From Vicugna vicugna (Eukaryota), in the NCBI GenBank assembly GCA_013265495.1, contig MU058213.1, forward strand, positions 5,911,149-5,975,148: a stretch of 64,000 nt of DNA, read 5' to 3'. Positions 36,915 through 49,545 of the stretch are shown piece after piece (within the stretch, counting starts at the first letter, position 1; the number at the start of each line of letters is the position of its first letter). The position numbers were made by a program, and so were the translations under genes. The notes under the pieces are model-generated. The model was given only the letters and a program-made list of their open reading frames with translations, was not told where the DNA came from and ran no database searches.

Positions 36915-38812
36915 CTGGAACAGATTTAACATCAGAAGTTTAAGTATACAAAACTACTAGGGCCATATTCTTCCAAAATTATAAAACCCTCTTGTTTAAT
37001 TCTGATAGTACAAAGTGCATGAGGGAAAAATCAAAGCAAAAGATAAACTGTTTTCAAGAATGTAAATACCTAATAACAAACACTAATCAACCAGTACATC
37101 TTCATTCTCTATTAGAGAAAGGGTAAGAGAAAATGGAAATTACATGTTGCTAGATAACTCTGGATTTAACAAAAATCAATCTTCTAAAACAAATCAATGA
37201 CAAAAATAAGATTAGAGACCTCAAAATCTTTTAGAAGGTAAATGGTTATATGAATTGTTTCTGTACCATTTCCACAAAGTCTAGTTCCATACAGATAGAT
37301 GCCATTTCTTAAAGTACAGGCCTACACACCCTTCATACAATACAATACAATCACCCTTCAGTGCTTTTCTTCAAATGTGCTGTTATAAAACAGGAATTTT
37401 CATTTGTTTGACTTTATTTGGAAAACAATCGCTACCCACTATAAGAGAAATAGTACATAAACAAATAAAAGTAAAAATGTTTAAAACTTCAAGTTATTAT
37501 ATGCAGAAAGAGTAAAATGTTCTCTGCTTTAAAAAATTACATGCCACAAGTTTTAGCTGAAAAACTACTGTCAGTGTGCTTACGAGGAGACAACACATGC
37601 CTGACTCAAATATTTTAAATATTAATGACTGCTGCATTCTATTATTAAAAAACATACTTACCAAGGATCTGTTTTATCTCATGAAATGTTAACTACAAGT
37701 CTGTGTATCTTTTTTATTCTACCTGTAACATTTAGGCCCACATACTTCTCCAATTACAGGAAAAACATTTTTAATGATAGGAAAAACTTAACATTTAGTT
37801 AAGACTACACTAAGTTTCTAAATTTAAAGGATAACAATTTATTATATCTTATCCATTAACCAAAATTGCAAGAGACGTAGGTAATGCAATTAATTGTCAA
37901 CTACTAAATCAATCACTAAAATTTCTAATCATGAAAATATATCAACAAAATATACTAAATAAACCACAGAGGACACATAATATTCCTTTTTTTTTAGGCA
38001 CTCAAGAGGCATTTTAGGAATTTACAGTACCTAAATGGTATTATTTTCCCTTAAAGTGTTTTTTTAAAAAGAATATAAGACATATTTTTCAAATATACAG
38101 CGTATACAAGACAAAACTAAAGCGTATGGCCATGAGATAACCGGAGACTTCCCAGTAACAAAAAGAAATCAAATATTACACCTTTAAGCTTACAGAAATT
38201 TAAAATAAAACTACTTTCCTACGTAAGACTCTCATCAACCTAAAATAAGTCAATTAGGAAGTAAATTCTGAAGAATTAAAATGCTAATAATTGGCTATAT
38301 TAATAGAAGTGTGCCCTGATTTAAAGAATGAAAAAAAGTAGAACCAAATGGTAGAAACTGAATTTCTTTCAAATATTCAGCTCCAGAAATATACAGAAAT
38401 ATTATAGCACATTTCCTACTAGACCGAACAAGGAAAAGACAGTGGTAGTATGTAGGGGTTATAAGAGACTGCAATCAAAAATAAAATACTTCTGAAATTA
38501 TAATGTAAGAAAATGAAATACCTATTATATGAATATTCAATACAGTTGCTCAGAACACAATGTAAAAAAACACACATCAGATTTTTAGCAAACTCATACC
38601 AGTCTACAAATTAAGTAATTAAGAGAGTAATGCTTCAAGTACACTGAGAGTTTGCCGTAATCTAACTCCACTGCTTACACAAAGGCCATCCAAAATTTTT
38701 AGTATGTCAATTTTTAAGGACTAAATGTCAAAGGAAATACCAGGCAATTATTACTTTTTAATAAAAATATGCAATTTACCACTGAAATAAATAGGAAAAA
38801 AAAATCCATTAC

Positions 38813-38862
38813 CTTTGTCATCTTTGGATGATGTCTTGCTGTCTTTAGATTCCTTTGAAGAG
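38813..38862 (-). CDS. SLTM: SLTM exon 8
   Basis: SSSKESKDSKTSSKDDK; tag acceptor, donor AAG|GTAATG; 50 nt. Confidence 0.93.
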
Positions 38863-39477
38863 CTAAAGAAGCAAATCACCAGAAGAAAATTGAAAACAAA
38901 AAAAAACAAAAAAACCCAAAAATCGAACAGCTTGATATTGACTACATTTCAAACTAGTGCTATTCAAACAGATTAACAATTCCAAAGGCCTAGGTTAGGT
39001 TATTTGAACAAATGATTCCCTTAGGATTCTTGCACTGATTTTCCCCAAGATGCCTGAAGATCTAGATTTTCTGACAATTCTATTCAGTGGTTTTATGGCC
39101 ATCTTCTCCAGATTTCAGGACTGGGACTTGACTTCATTTTGTGTTCTTAGGACTGATAGTTGTTCATTAACCATCATCACAAGGATTTTTAAAAATAAAA
39201 CACAAAAAAATTGTCAATTTGAAAAAAAAAACAAAAAACAACAAAAAAAAACCAAATATATGCTGACAATTCGACAATGCAATCAGTAGGACACACTGCA
39301 TATTACGAAGATTCTTGAAATTTTTTTTAAAAGTAACTTATGACGGTCAAAAATATTATAGGCAGGATCATAAGTACTAATTACTGTACATGGTCTTGAA
39401 GCCACCCCCTTAATGTAGAGCGATCTTATTGAATGCTGGAATTCAGTATCGTAAAGAACTGACATAGAAAAACAAAC

Positions 39478-39946
39478 CTCTTTGCTTGACCAGAGGCCCC
39501 AGTAGACGAGGGCCCTTTCTTCAAAGTATCCTTTTCTTTGTCTCCAGATTCTGCTTTCTTAGAACCTTCTCTGGCTTCCTTCTCGACAGGATCCCCCTTC
39601 ACGCAGTCTTCCTTCTTACCATCTTTATGGTTCGCATTCATCTCATAATCCTTGCTTTCCTTCTCCGGACTCTGTGCAATGGCGTCCTGCCCATCTTTTG
39701 GCTTACTTGCTTCAGAATCTGTAATTTTCACATTTTTACCTGTTTCTAGGAGGTCATCACCATCAAAATCCAGAGTGATGGCATCTTCAGCCTGGATTGT
39801 GACCGAGATGTTGTCATCCTCAGCTTCTTTCACAGTCGCATTAGCTTCCATCTCTTCATGAGCTGTGTGATCAGCCTCAGCTAGGTTCCCTTCTGAAGGA
39901 AGAGGTTTAGATACTTCTTGTGTACCATCACCAGAACCTGCTATAT
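39478..39946 (-). CDS. SLTM: SLTM exon 7
   Basis: DIAGSGDGTQEV...AEDAITLDFDGDDLLETGKNVKITD...GASGQAK; tag acceptor, donor GAG|GTTTGT; 469 nt. Confidence 0.94.
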
Positions 39947-41273
39947 CTAAGAGGATTTAACAGGAATAAATATGGCAAAACAAGAAGTTTAAACAATTTC
40001 ATATTCATAAGCTAGAATAGGACCTAGAAAATATAAAGCCAGTTATTAGCACTGATGGGAAGGTTAGGAAGAAAAACACAAGGGTATTAACTAACATAAA
40101 CAATCCTTTACCCAGGATCACTTATTCTTCATGGAAAAAATGATCTCTACATACAAATACCAAACAACGAAAGTGAGGAAATGGTTCCGTCCTGAGGATA
40201 CCAGTTCTTCATTTCTGATTATAAGTTAATGGGATATGGAAGATTTTTTTCCTCCATGAGATAGTGACAAGTGTGCAGGTTTGTTATTCAATGTTCGAAT
40301 GATCTTGGGATTTAACCCTTGTGACCTTCGGAACTCCCACGGTGATGTCTTGAAAGGTCACAGTCTGAGGATATCAATCAGTCTTCAAAGTATTCAGGGC
40401 CTCATCTTTTTCACTCTTCTTATTCAATTCTTGGGTAGTCCAGAATCATGGAAAACCGCTATAGGAGGCTCCAAAGATGGCCTGCTCCATAAGGTTTAGG
40501 AAATTGGCTATATCCAGTCTTCATCCTGTCCAGTCAGTCCTGCAGTTACCATTTTCAAAGATGTCTTGCATTCTCCCGAAATAGAAAGGCTTCGGGCATC
40601 TGAGATTTTCAGTTGGTAGCTTTACTTCATCATTGCTTCCAAGTTTTGAATTCTGCCTTGCTTAGAACCCTGTTCCATGTCCTTTCTAGTCCAAAGTAGG
40701 AAAATCCTTTGACTTCTTTCCAAGAACTCTTCCATAACCTCATACTGACCACATGTATTGCTACTGATGTCCCTGTAATTATATTGAACGAGACAGCTCT
40801 CCTAAACTACCATATAACTGTCAGAAGACCGAACGAAAATTTTTTTAAGTAGCAAATAGTCTCCCAGTCACCTAACATTTTTAGGACTAGCTGTAAAATT
40901 ATTTGTTACATATTAGGACTCGAATAAGCACGTATGAGTTACTGCAGTGCCAGATTTAAGGATGTAATCAACTTACCGTATGCTAGAAATTATTTTTAAA
41001 AATAAAATTTAAATTGGGTTAAATAAAAAATGGCATTGTCCACTACAGTAACTGATATGTACCATTAAGTTAGAACATGTCTTAAAGTGTTAAAAAGAAA
41101 ATTAAAACCAATTGAAAAATAAAATTAAGATGCTAACTTAATTCACTAAATTGATAAATTTGAAAATAAACTCATTTCAAAAAATAAGATTTCAAATAAG
41201 AAATGCTTTATTTTCACTATTTAGTTTTTCTAAATGTCACCAATTTTTAAACTCTACTTAGCATCAAACATAC

Positions 41274-41301
41274 CTTTCTCATTTTCTTCTTCCTCACCAT
41301 C
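41274..41301 (-). CDS. SLTM: SLTM exon 6 (28-nt microexon)
   Basis: cag|GATGGTGAGGAAGAAGAAAATGAGAAAG|gtatgt; DGEEEENEK; needed to keep the frame. Confidence 0.92.
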
Positions 41302-42286
41302 CTGAAATTCAAAAAATAATCAAATGTAAAATGAATTCACTTAAAACTGGATTTCAGTATAGTACAAAATCTATCAGGTTAAACTGTTCTATAATATAAT
41401 AATATTAGAGTCACCTATCACTAACAAATATAGGATATTCTAATCAGAATCAAAACACATTTACAGGAATTTGGCATGTCTTGTATACATGATTTTAGAC
41501 AAGAAAACAGGCAAGACTGTCGATGATTAGATCAATAACTAACTGAATTACTCAGTTTCAGTATTCAAAACTAGTTTATACAACCCAAATCTTACTCATA
41601 TCAAAGAAATACCAATAAAAAGCCTGACCTGATTACTTTCTATGACTCAGTTCAAAGGCATTCTTAGGGCACACTATTCAAAACGTAAGACATACACTTT
41701 CAAGGGCCTGAATGCATATTAATAAACAAAACAAACAAAACACACTCCCTTTTTAGGCATCTCAGAAGTAAGAAGGATGACTACAAGAGTAGTTTCAAAT
41801 TCTTCATTCCTTTTTATCTTTTTTCATCTGTTAAAAATGAATTCATAAGCTGTCACACATACACTGGTCAGCCACTTTAAAAATGATACTTCTGCTATAG
41901 GTAATCAAAGCATGTAACTGACAAATTTGTTTTAAATGACTGATTTTAATTTTTAAATATGTGACATTTTAATTTTAAAATATGTGACATCACCTAATCT
42001 AAAACTGAGCACATGCTGGCTTAAAAACAGAAATACTGCAAAGCAAAAAATTTTTATTTACCCTACACCCAGCAAATACTGCAAAAATTACTTACTTATA
42101 GCAAGATCAAATCAACATTTCCCGAAATTAAAGATCATAATAAGCAAAGTAATATGCATTATAATCTCAGTATTAAAAAAAATTAAGGAATGTTTTAATT
42201 TATAACTTCAAAAATAAAAGCTGAGTAGAAGTAGATCACTTTTAGTCAAGTTGGTGTCAATCTACTACATACAAAGCATTATAGAA

Positions 42287-42474
42287 CAGTGGTTCTCAAA
42301 CTTTGAGTCTGTATCAGAATCCCTTGGAGGGCTTGTGAAAACATAGATTGCTGAGCACCAACCCCAGAGTTTCTGATTCAGGTCTGGAGTAGGGCCTGGG
42401 AATTTGCATCTCTAACAGTTTCCAGGTGATGGTGATGCTGTTGGTACAGGGATGACACATTTAAGAACTGCTGC
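42287..42474. mobile_element. MER5A
   Basis: cagtggttctcaaactttg...atcagaatcccttggagggcttgtgaaaaca...ttaagaactgctg. Confidence 0.85.
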
Positions 42475-43114
42475 CTTAGAGTGACAGCCTAACAGTGAAA
42501 TTAGGCTTAAAGCAAAATTTAACTGTAAACAAAACTTTAAATGGCATATTTATAACACAATTTTAGATTCACATAAAAGCACATGCATGCCTTAAAAACA
42601 TCAAATATTTTACCATATACTCAAAATTATATTTGGATAACAAACATATTTCTAAGAAATCATTTTAAATGATTTTTCAATTTTAAGTTAACATGTAAGT
42701 GCCTCAATTAAGGAATGACCAGTTGTTTTACACACTAAAGTAACATGAAGGAAACTGAAAACACTGAAACAATTAAGCCACAAGTTCAGGGAATAAAATA
42801 GTCTAAAATAGATTACTGGTTGACAGCAATATGAATCCTATTGTTACATAAATCCATTATATTGTGCTCTATCTCCCAACTGTTGTACTGGAATTTAGTT
42901 TTAATCATGATGTTTCATATGTGCAACATTTAGAAAGGAAAGAAAAATGCTTTAACGTGGGTGGAGTGGCAGGCAGTGGCATCAATAAAAGTATGAGTTA
43001 TGCTGGAACTACTAATATCTTTTTCTTCCAAACCCTCTTTCAGTTTAGTAATTTATCTTATAGAGGGATAAATAAACTGGAATATCTTAACTTTTACTTA
43101 AACGCAGAATAAAG

Positions 43115-43272
43115 AGGGGAGGATATAGCTCAAGTGGTAGAGTGCATGTTTAGCATGCACAAGATCTTGGGTTCAATCACCAGTACCTCCATAAAAAAAA
43201 AAAAACTAATAAATAAACAGACCTAATGACATTCCCCCCAAAGTAAAATATAAATAATTTATTTTTAGAAAA
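43115..43272 (+). mobile_element. tRNA-derived SINE (Vic-1-like)
   Basis: ggggaggatatagctcaagtggtagag...gggttcaatcaccagtacctcc plus A tail; TSD gcagaataaag at 43104-43114 and 43273-43283. Confidence 0.9.
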
Positions 43273-43434
43273 GCAGAATAAAGGAACCTAAAGACTGCAA
43301 CTTGCCTCTCCTTTGTCTACCTGAGATGCAATGGCAAACCATTTCCAAGTTATTCTGATTTAGAAATGCAATACTGATAGGTCTGAGAGAAAAAAATGAC
43401 CAAAGTATTTGCTATCGCAAAAAGTAAAATTTAT

Positions 43435-43540
43435 GGGGGTGAGGTGGGTACAGCTCAGCCATACAGTGCACATTTAGCATGCATGAGGTTCTGGGTTCAA
43501 TCCTCAGTACCTCCATTAAAAAAAAATAAAATAAAAAATT
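43435..43540 (+). mobile_element. tRNA-derived SINE (Vic-1-like)
   Basis: gggtacagctcag...ttagcatgcatgaggttctgggttcaatcctcagtacctcc plus A tail. Confidence 0.85.
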
Positions 43541-45539
43541 TGAAAAAATCATGATGTAAAAAAACAAAATCCTTTCTGCTGTACTTCCTGCCAATTAGAA
43601 ATATTTTCTAGCTGCTAAAATAACTGGTAAGGTTTGCCGTACTTTGCTCAAGAGTTTTTAGATACTTAGCCTAATGATTCAACAGGTCTTCTGAAGGATT
43701 TCATAACTTTAGTTTCTCAAAATAGTGGTAACACTAGCTTTATTACTTAAATGCCCGTAGGAAAAGAGTCTGACCCAGTTTCTAGAAAAAAGACTGATTA
43801 CAATGGGGTTGAGGCACAAAAATGACTAGACTTAGTAGAAAAGATGAGCCACATACCAGTGAGTATTTGTGTTATTGTTCAGTGTGTGCACTAACCATAG
43901 CACTACTAAGCTTGAACCATTCCTCCCTGGTTTAACCCCAGTAGTTAATAAAAACAAACCATGAAATATGAGAAAGACATTGGGAAATTTTCCCTGTATA
44001 TGATATATATGCACAGACATGACATGTACCTTATTTGTAAATGATTTTCCCCCACTGAAAACAGATTTTTTTTTCAGAATGATAAATAAGTAACAACGAG
44101 GTAAGCACCCTTTAAAATTAACTACTTTTTAAGTTTATCTTGAAAAAATGCAATATTTCATGTATGAAAATGAAGCAAAAGCTCTACAATGCTCGTGTTA
44201 TCTTTGTGATGGGATCTACAGCCCTAGTCAAATGCCAAAATTCATACAGGAAGCGTCTCTATTTTTATTTCATCACAGCAGCCAAAGTAGCAATGACTAG
44301 TGAGAAATAAATATAAGCCTAAGACTTATATTTCAGTTAACAAAACGTTTACTATATACCCATCCTGTTATGTTCCCCTAGTTTAACGTTGTGATACATG
44401 TACATATATGTGCTAAGAAGACTTCTTCTGAAGGCCTCTGTTACCCTGACTTTTATGTAAACACTGCACTCAATCTGACTAATTTAAACTAAACCTCAGA
44501 ATAACCCTAAGCCATTAACTGCATGCTATCTCACAGTATGCAAAAGACCGTGGGAAATACAAAACACCTGGCACATAACAAGCATTCAATAAATATTTGT
44601 TGAATGAATTTACCGAATAAATGTAGTGTAAGACACTGCTGTCTCTGGTGGAGGGACTGAACTAACTGCTCATTTTTATGTAGACAGAGGGCTTAACCGC
44701 AGAGGGCTTAACCGCAGCGCTGTGTTAAGTACAATGGAATTCAGAAAACAACATTTACTAGTGTGGAGTTTAGTGAAAAGAATACCAGACTAGGCATCTT
44801 TACCACTAACTTTCACTCTGTGGTATTGTCATCTACCTAGGTGAATATAACTATAAAATAGAGATAACATATGACCTATATAGGATATGTAGGATTAAAT
44901 GAGATAATGGACATAAAAAGCAAAGCACTATATAACAAAGAGATATTAGAGAAAGCTTTATGGATGAGACAGATTTAAATCTGACTTTCAGAGGTATATA
45001 GACTTCAACAAAGAAGGGGAAGGCCCTTCAAGTTAATGAAATATTAGGGGCAAAGGCAAACAGAAAAAAGAATATACATGATATAGTCATAGAAGATTGA
45101 CAAGATGAAGACTAAATTTTTAAGAATTAAAGCATTAGCAAATATAAACATTCTTGAGAAAATTTTCAAAAAATTCTCAAGTAATTGCTATCTTCAAACT
45201 ACTAGTAAAACAATACTACAGGTAAGCACTAATTTCGTTATGTACTATGTGCCAGCACGTATGATTAATCTTTCTGTCAATTTAGCAGGTAGGAATTGCA
45301 ATGTTCATTTTACAGACACAGAAATTGACTAAGAGAATGTGCCCACAGTCACAATATTGTAAGTAACTAATAGAAGTAGAATGTGAACCAAATTCTATCC
45401 GGTATGACAAACTGCCTAGAGGTTAACACCTAAAATCTAAAGATTTAAACTTCAAAGTCAAAGCCTGAAGACTGGCTTTGAATAAATATATCCCTACACA
45501 AATATATTACCTATTTGCTTATATTTTTAAAAACAAGTA

Positions 45540-47525
45540 ATAAAAGGGTAAATCTTGAATTTCAGAAAATCCACCAACCAGGGGATAGGTGAAGGGGACT
45601 TTTCTGAGTTTATCTTGTCTTGCAGATTTGACTTTGAAACCATGTAAATATTTTAAATAATTATAAAATTAAATTTAAATTTCTAACTTTTTAATAATTT
45701 AATTTATTTTAATAATTATTTAATAATTAACAAGAAATGACAGATTAAATTTTTCAAAAAAGCAGTACCTAATTATTGAAGATAAAATGAAACAAGTCAA
45801 CCTAAATATATATTAGTTGGTGCTCATACAGAATGACTAGTTTAAAACACAGTGATCTGTTCATTCCAGAGGGCTACATCCTTAGGAAAGATATAACTGG
45901 GGGGGAGGGGGAATATCTTCAATTATTTTCAGAAATCACACTAGGGGTGGTGTTAGTATAATCATTCTAGGACTATTGTATGTATACTGTGAGATAAAGG
46001 AAGTAATTAACTTAGAAGTAAGTATCCCTATGAACTCAAAATCTATTTCATCTTAAAAATAAAAACCAACAAAAACAAACCAACAGCACACATTCTCTAG
46101 CACTGTACACTAAAAAGGCCTAGAAAACATGAACAATCCAGTGACAATGAATACCACTACCACCAAGATTGTTGACTCGAAATATCATTTACCACTAAAA
46201 AGAAAAAATGGCTATTTACAGGCCTGGAGCAGGAAATGTAACATCTTAACCAGAGAGCAAGGAAGCAAAGACTACCGGGATCATGCTGAAAGGACTCAAA
46301 AGCCAACCTGAAGAGGTTCTTACTCACCACAGATGGGACAATCTGAGCATTAATAAGGATAAGAATTACAATGGACCAAAATATATTAAATATATTTAAA
46401 TCTACAAGTTCAAAAGGAAACGGAGAAAAAGGAAAAATAAAAACTCATTAGTCACTATGAAAATGCTTATGAACCAGCTCATTATTTTGAAAATTGGTTA
46501 AAAAGAAGAAAAAAAAAATCAAACACAGATGTTGGCTTTCCTTTGTATATGGCACCACAGAGTAAACAAATAGTAGATGAGGAGAAGTTTCTCTTTCTAG
46601 GAACATTCCAGCTAATAAACAAAGAAAAAAATGACAGAATTGGAATATCATCACTTTGATTTCCCTAATTAATCAATGCGGTATAGATCACCAAAGATTG
46701 GTACCATTACCAAGAGGATACAATCAGACATTACGTGTATTGAATGCAAGAACAGCACACTTCCTATGCACGAGTTGTACATTTTGGGAGAATAGGGGTC
46801 GGGGCGGAGGAATCAGAGAGCAATCCTCTATCCGATAACCAACTTACCAACTTACAGGAAATACAGTAACAGAGGAATATGTTGAAGGACTCCATAGGAA
46901 TGTAATCAGCAAAATCTAAACTTTGGAAGCTCTACAGCAGTTGGCAAAAACCATGCCAGATGTTCTTTTTGTGAATATTTTTATTGAAACAGCCACATCC
47001 ATTTATTTGCCTAATGTCTGTGGCTGCTTCCACACTACAATGGCAGAGTTGAACAGTGTGACAGACCACATGGCCTACAATGGCTAATACATTTTCTACC
47101 TAGCCCTTTAAGAAAACACTTTGCCAACTCTTGCTCTATAGGTTAAACAACTCAATTTCTTCAACAAATAAAATAAGGGGGAAAAGATGGAGGGAAAAAA
47201 CCTAAAGATTAAAAGAGATCTAATAGATATTTCAATCAATCACTATGTAGATCTTACTTATATCTGGATTCAAATAAAACCTGTTTAAAAAACAAAAAAC
47301 TATGAACAGTTGGATATTTGAATATGTTAAAAATCACATATTAGGAGTGACAGTTAAAAAAAAAGTTCTCTTTTAGAGATACATACTGAAATTTTTAAAG
47401 CAAAATATGATGTCTGGGATTTGTTTCAAAATAAGGCAGAAAAGGGAAAGTGTGAATGGAGGTGTAGATGAAACAATACTGCCCTTGAAGTGATAACAAC
47501 TGAAGCTGTGTGATGGTTACACTCC
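45540..47525 (+). mobile_element. L1MC-like 3' UTR (antisense to SLTM), interrupted by MER58-like element
   Basis: gatttgactttgaaaccatgtaaat, ttagagatacatactgaaattttta, atgtctgggatttgtttcaaaata motifs. Confidence 0.7.
46935..47133. mobile_element. MER58A-like hAT MITE
   Basis: cagcagttggcaaa ... tggctgcttccacactacaatggcagagttgaacag ... tttgccaactcttg inverted termini. Confidence 0.8.
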
Positions 47526-49025
47526 ATGCAGTATTCCTCAATGCACACAGGAAGAATATATTCATTAAACATGTTTAGAATTTAGAAGCATCAGATCATG
47601 ATGGAACTCAGATACACTTGTATTTCTAGACTTTCCACTACCCATAATTTAGGAAAAGGAAAAAGGTCATTTTACTTAAAGAAAATTTCTCTGAAGACAT
47701 AACCTCCCTATCTTTTGATACAGTAAGACAAAACTTGCCCCTTAATGAGAAGTAAGTGTTCTTTCACTATCAGGATGGAACAGAAGCAAGGTCAACTCTA
47801 GCTCATGAAAACTTCTGAAAATCAGGGAAAGGCACCCATCCTTTAAGATACTTTATTTCCATTGGTTAAAATTTTTATAATAAATATATATCTATTATGT
47901 GAATGGGGACCCTTATAAATGATGCCTTCACATACTTAAAGCCTGCACAACTGTAGGAAAGGCCCTTGATAAAAATTAAAAAGCCAATTGCCAAAAAAAT
48001 ATGAAGAGTTCAACTCTACCTTTTTGCATTAAAATCTAGAAAAAGTACTCCTCCAATTTGAGAGTTAATCTTTCTCATCTATTATTTATCACTGAGAAAT
48101 GAACATACCTGGGGACCGTATGGGGGACAAGTCTCTAGACTTTCACAGCCCTAACATTTCCTTCCTGAATATTCCGAATTATCAAAAACATTTCTCCCAG
48201 AAATGTAATTTCTTCCCCACTGCAATAAACACAAAGAGCCAATATATAGCCTCAATAGCATTTCAAAGGCAAGAGAACTACAGGAAAGAAGGCATGACCA
48301 AAGGCAATCAACTAAGCAGTCTATGAATATAAACCCCATCATACACTCTTCCAGTAAATATTATAGTGAGGAAGTAATAGACCAGATCACTATTTTTTCT
48401 AAATCTAGTAAACAGAGGGAACTCCTATCTCTATTTGAAAGTATACTATTTAAAGAAGGTACATGATTGAGCTACAAATGTCTGTGTGCAGCATGTGTAC
48501 ATCAAGCTTTCAAAATGTGCACTATGCATACCACATATACCAAAAGCAAAATTTGATAATACACAAGAGCAGTCATTTTCAACATACACATACATAACCC
48601 CAAGTAAATTACTTCAACAGAGACTTTTATCATTTTTATACTATGCCCATCCTAGGAATGTTAAATTAACATTTAAAGCTTTGAAAAGGATATTAGTACT
48701 TTTAAATGATTTATTTTATACCAAAGTGACAAAAAAAATCAAGGAGTGTGTAGGCTTCCCAATAGACTGGTAACCAAAGTTACACTTTATAGAAAGGATA
48801 GACTAATTTTATTTTTATTTTGAAAACAGTAGGAACCTTGTTGTAATAACTTCCAATTACCTCTATGGCAACAGAAATTGCAGCTCCCAATTTTAAGTAT
48901 TTGATATATACACAACATAAAGAACTCAATTTTATGAATTAAAGAATTATGAAGTCAAAATAAGATTCCTTTTCCAGGCCCTTCCACCCACAATATCAAA
49001 TTCATAGGACTAAATGTAAACTTAC

Positions 49026-49073
49026 TTGGGCTGTTAGAAAGGTATCATCTTCACCTTCTTGAGCTTCAATTTC
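49026..49073 (-). CDS. SLTM: SLTM exon 5
   Basis: tag|GAAATT; EIEAQEGEDDTFLTAQ; donor CAA|GTAAGT; 48 nt, phase 0-0. Confidence 0.93.
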
Positions 49074-49456
49074 CTAAGTAAAAGGGTATACAATAGCTTT
49101 GCTTTACAAAATATCTGGGTAATATGAGAATGCTTTTATGCTATACCTGATTATCACTAGCCTCATGTTCTGTACAAAGTCTAGGGATACCATGGGCACT
49201 AAGTCAGTGCTTAGTAATTCACACTGTATTTTTTATGGCAACATAAAAACTTAGTCATATTGATAAGAGACTTAGAAAAATGTCCTTCATGAGCCCTTCA
49301 CTTATGAGGCTAGGGAGAACGAAGTGTTCTAAGCATCAAGACTAACTCCCAAATCCACTGATTTTCTTAACATGTACTAACATACTTCAAAGCAGGGCAA
49401 ATGGACTATTTCATTCAAAGAAAAGATTTTTTAAAGTATACAGTTTCAAGTTAAAC

Positions 49457-49545
49457 TTTTATTTTTTTAACAGAGGTACTAGGGATTGAACCCAGGACCT
49501 CATGCATGCTAGGCACACAATCTACCACTGAGCTACACCCTCCCC
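49457..49545 (-). mobile_element. tRNA-derived SINE (Vic-1-like), reverse orientation
   Basis: gaggtactagggattgaacccaggacctcatgcatgctaggc...taccactgagctacaccctcccc preceded by a T tract. Confidence 0.9.

Noticed and set aside
39084..39180. Box C/D snoRNA-like motifs in intron 7 (GTGATGA at 39174-39180; CTGA at 39115-39118 and 39084-39087, minus strand)
   Set aside because: No convincing terminal stem, C' box or rRNA/snRNA guide that I can recognise; such short motifs are common by chance. An Rfam/snoReport scan would settle it.
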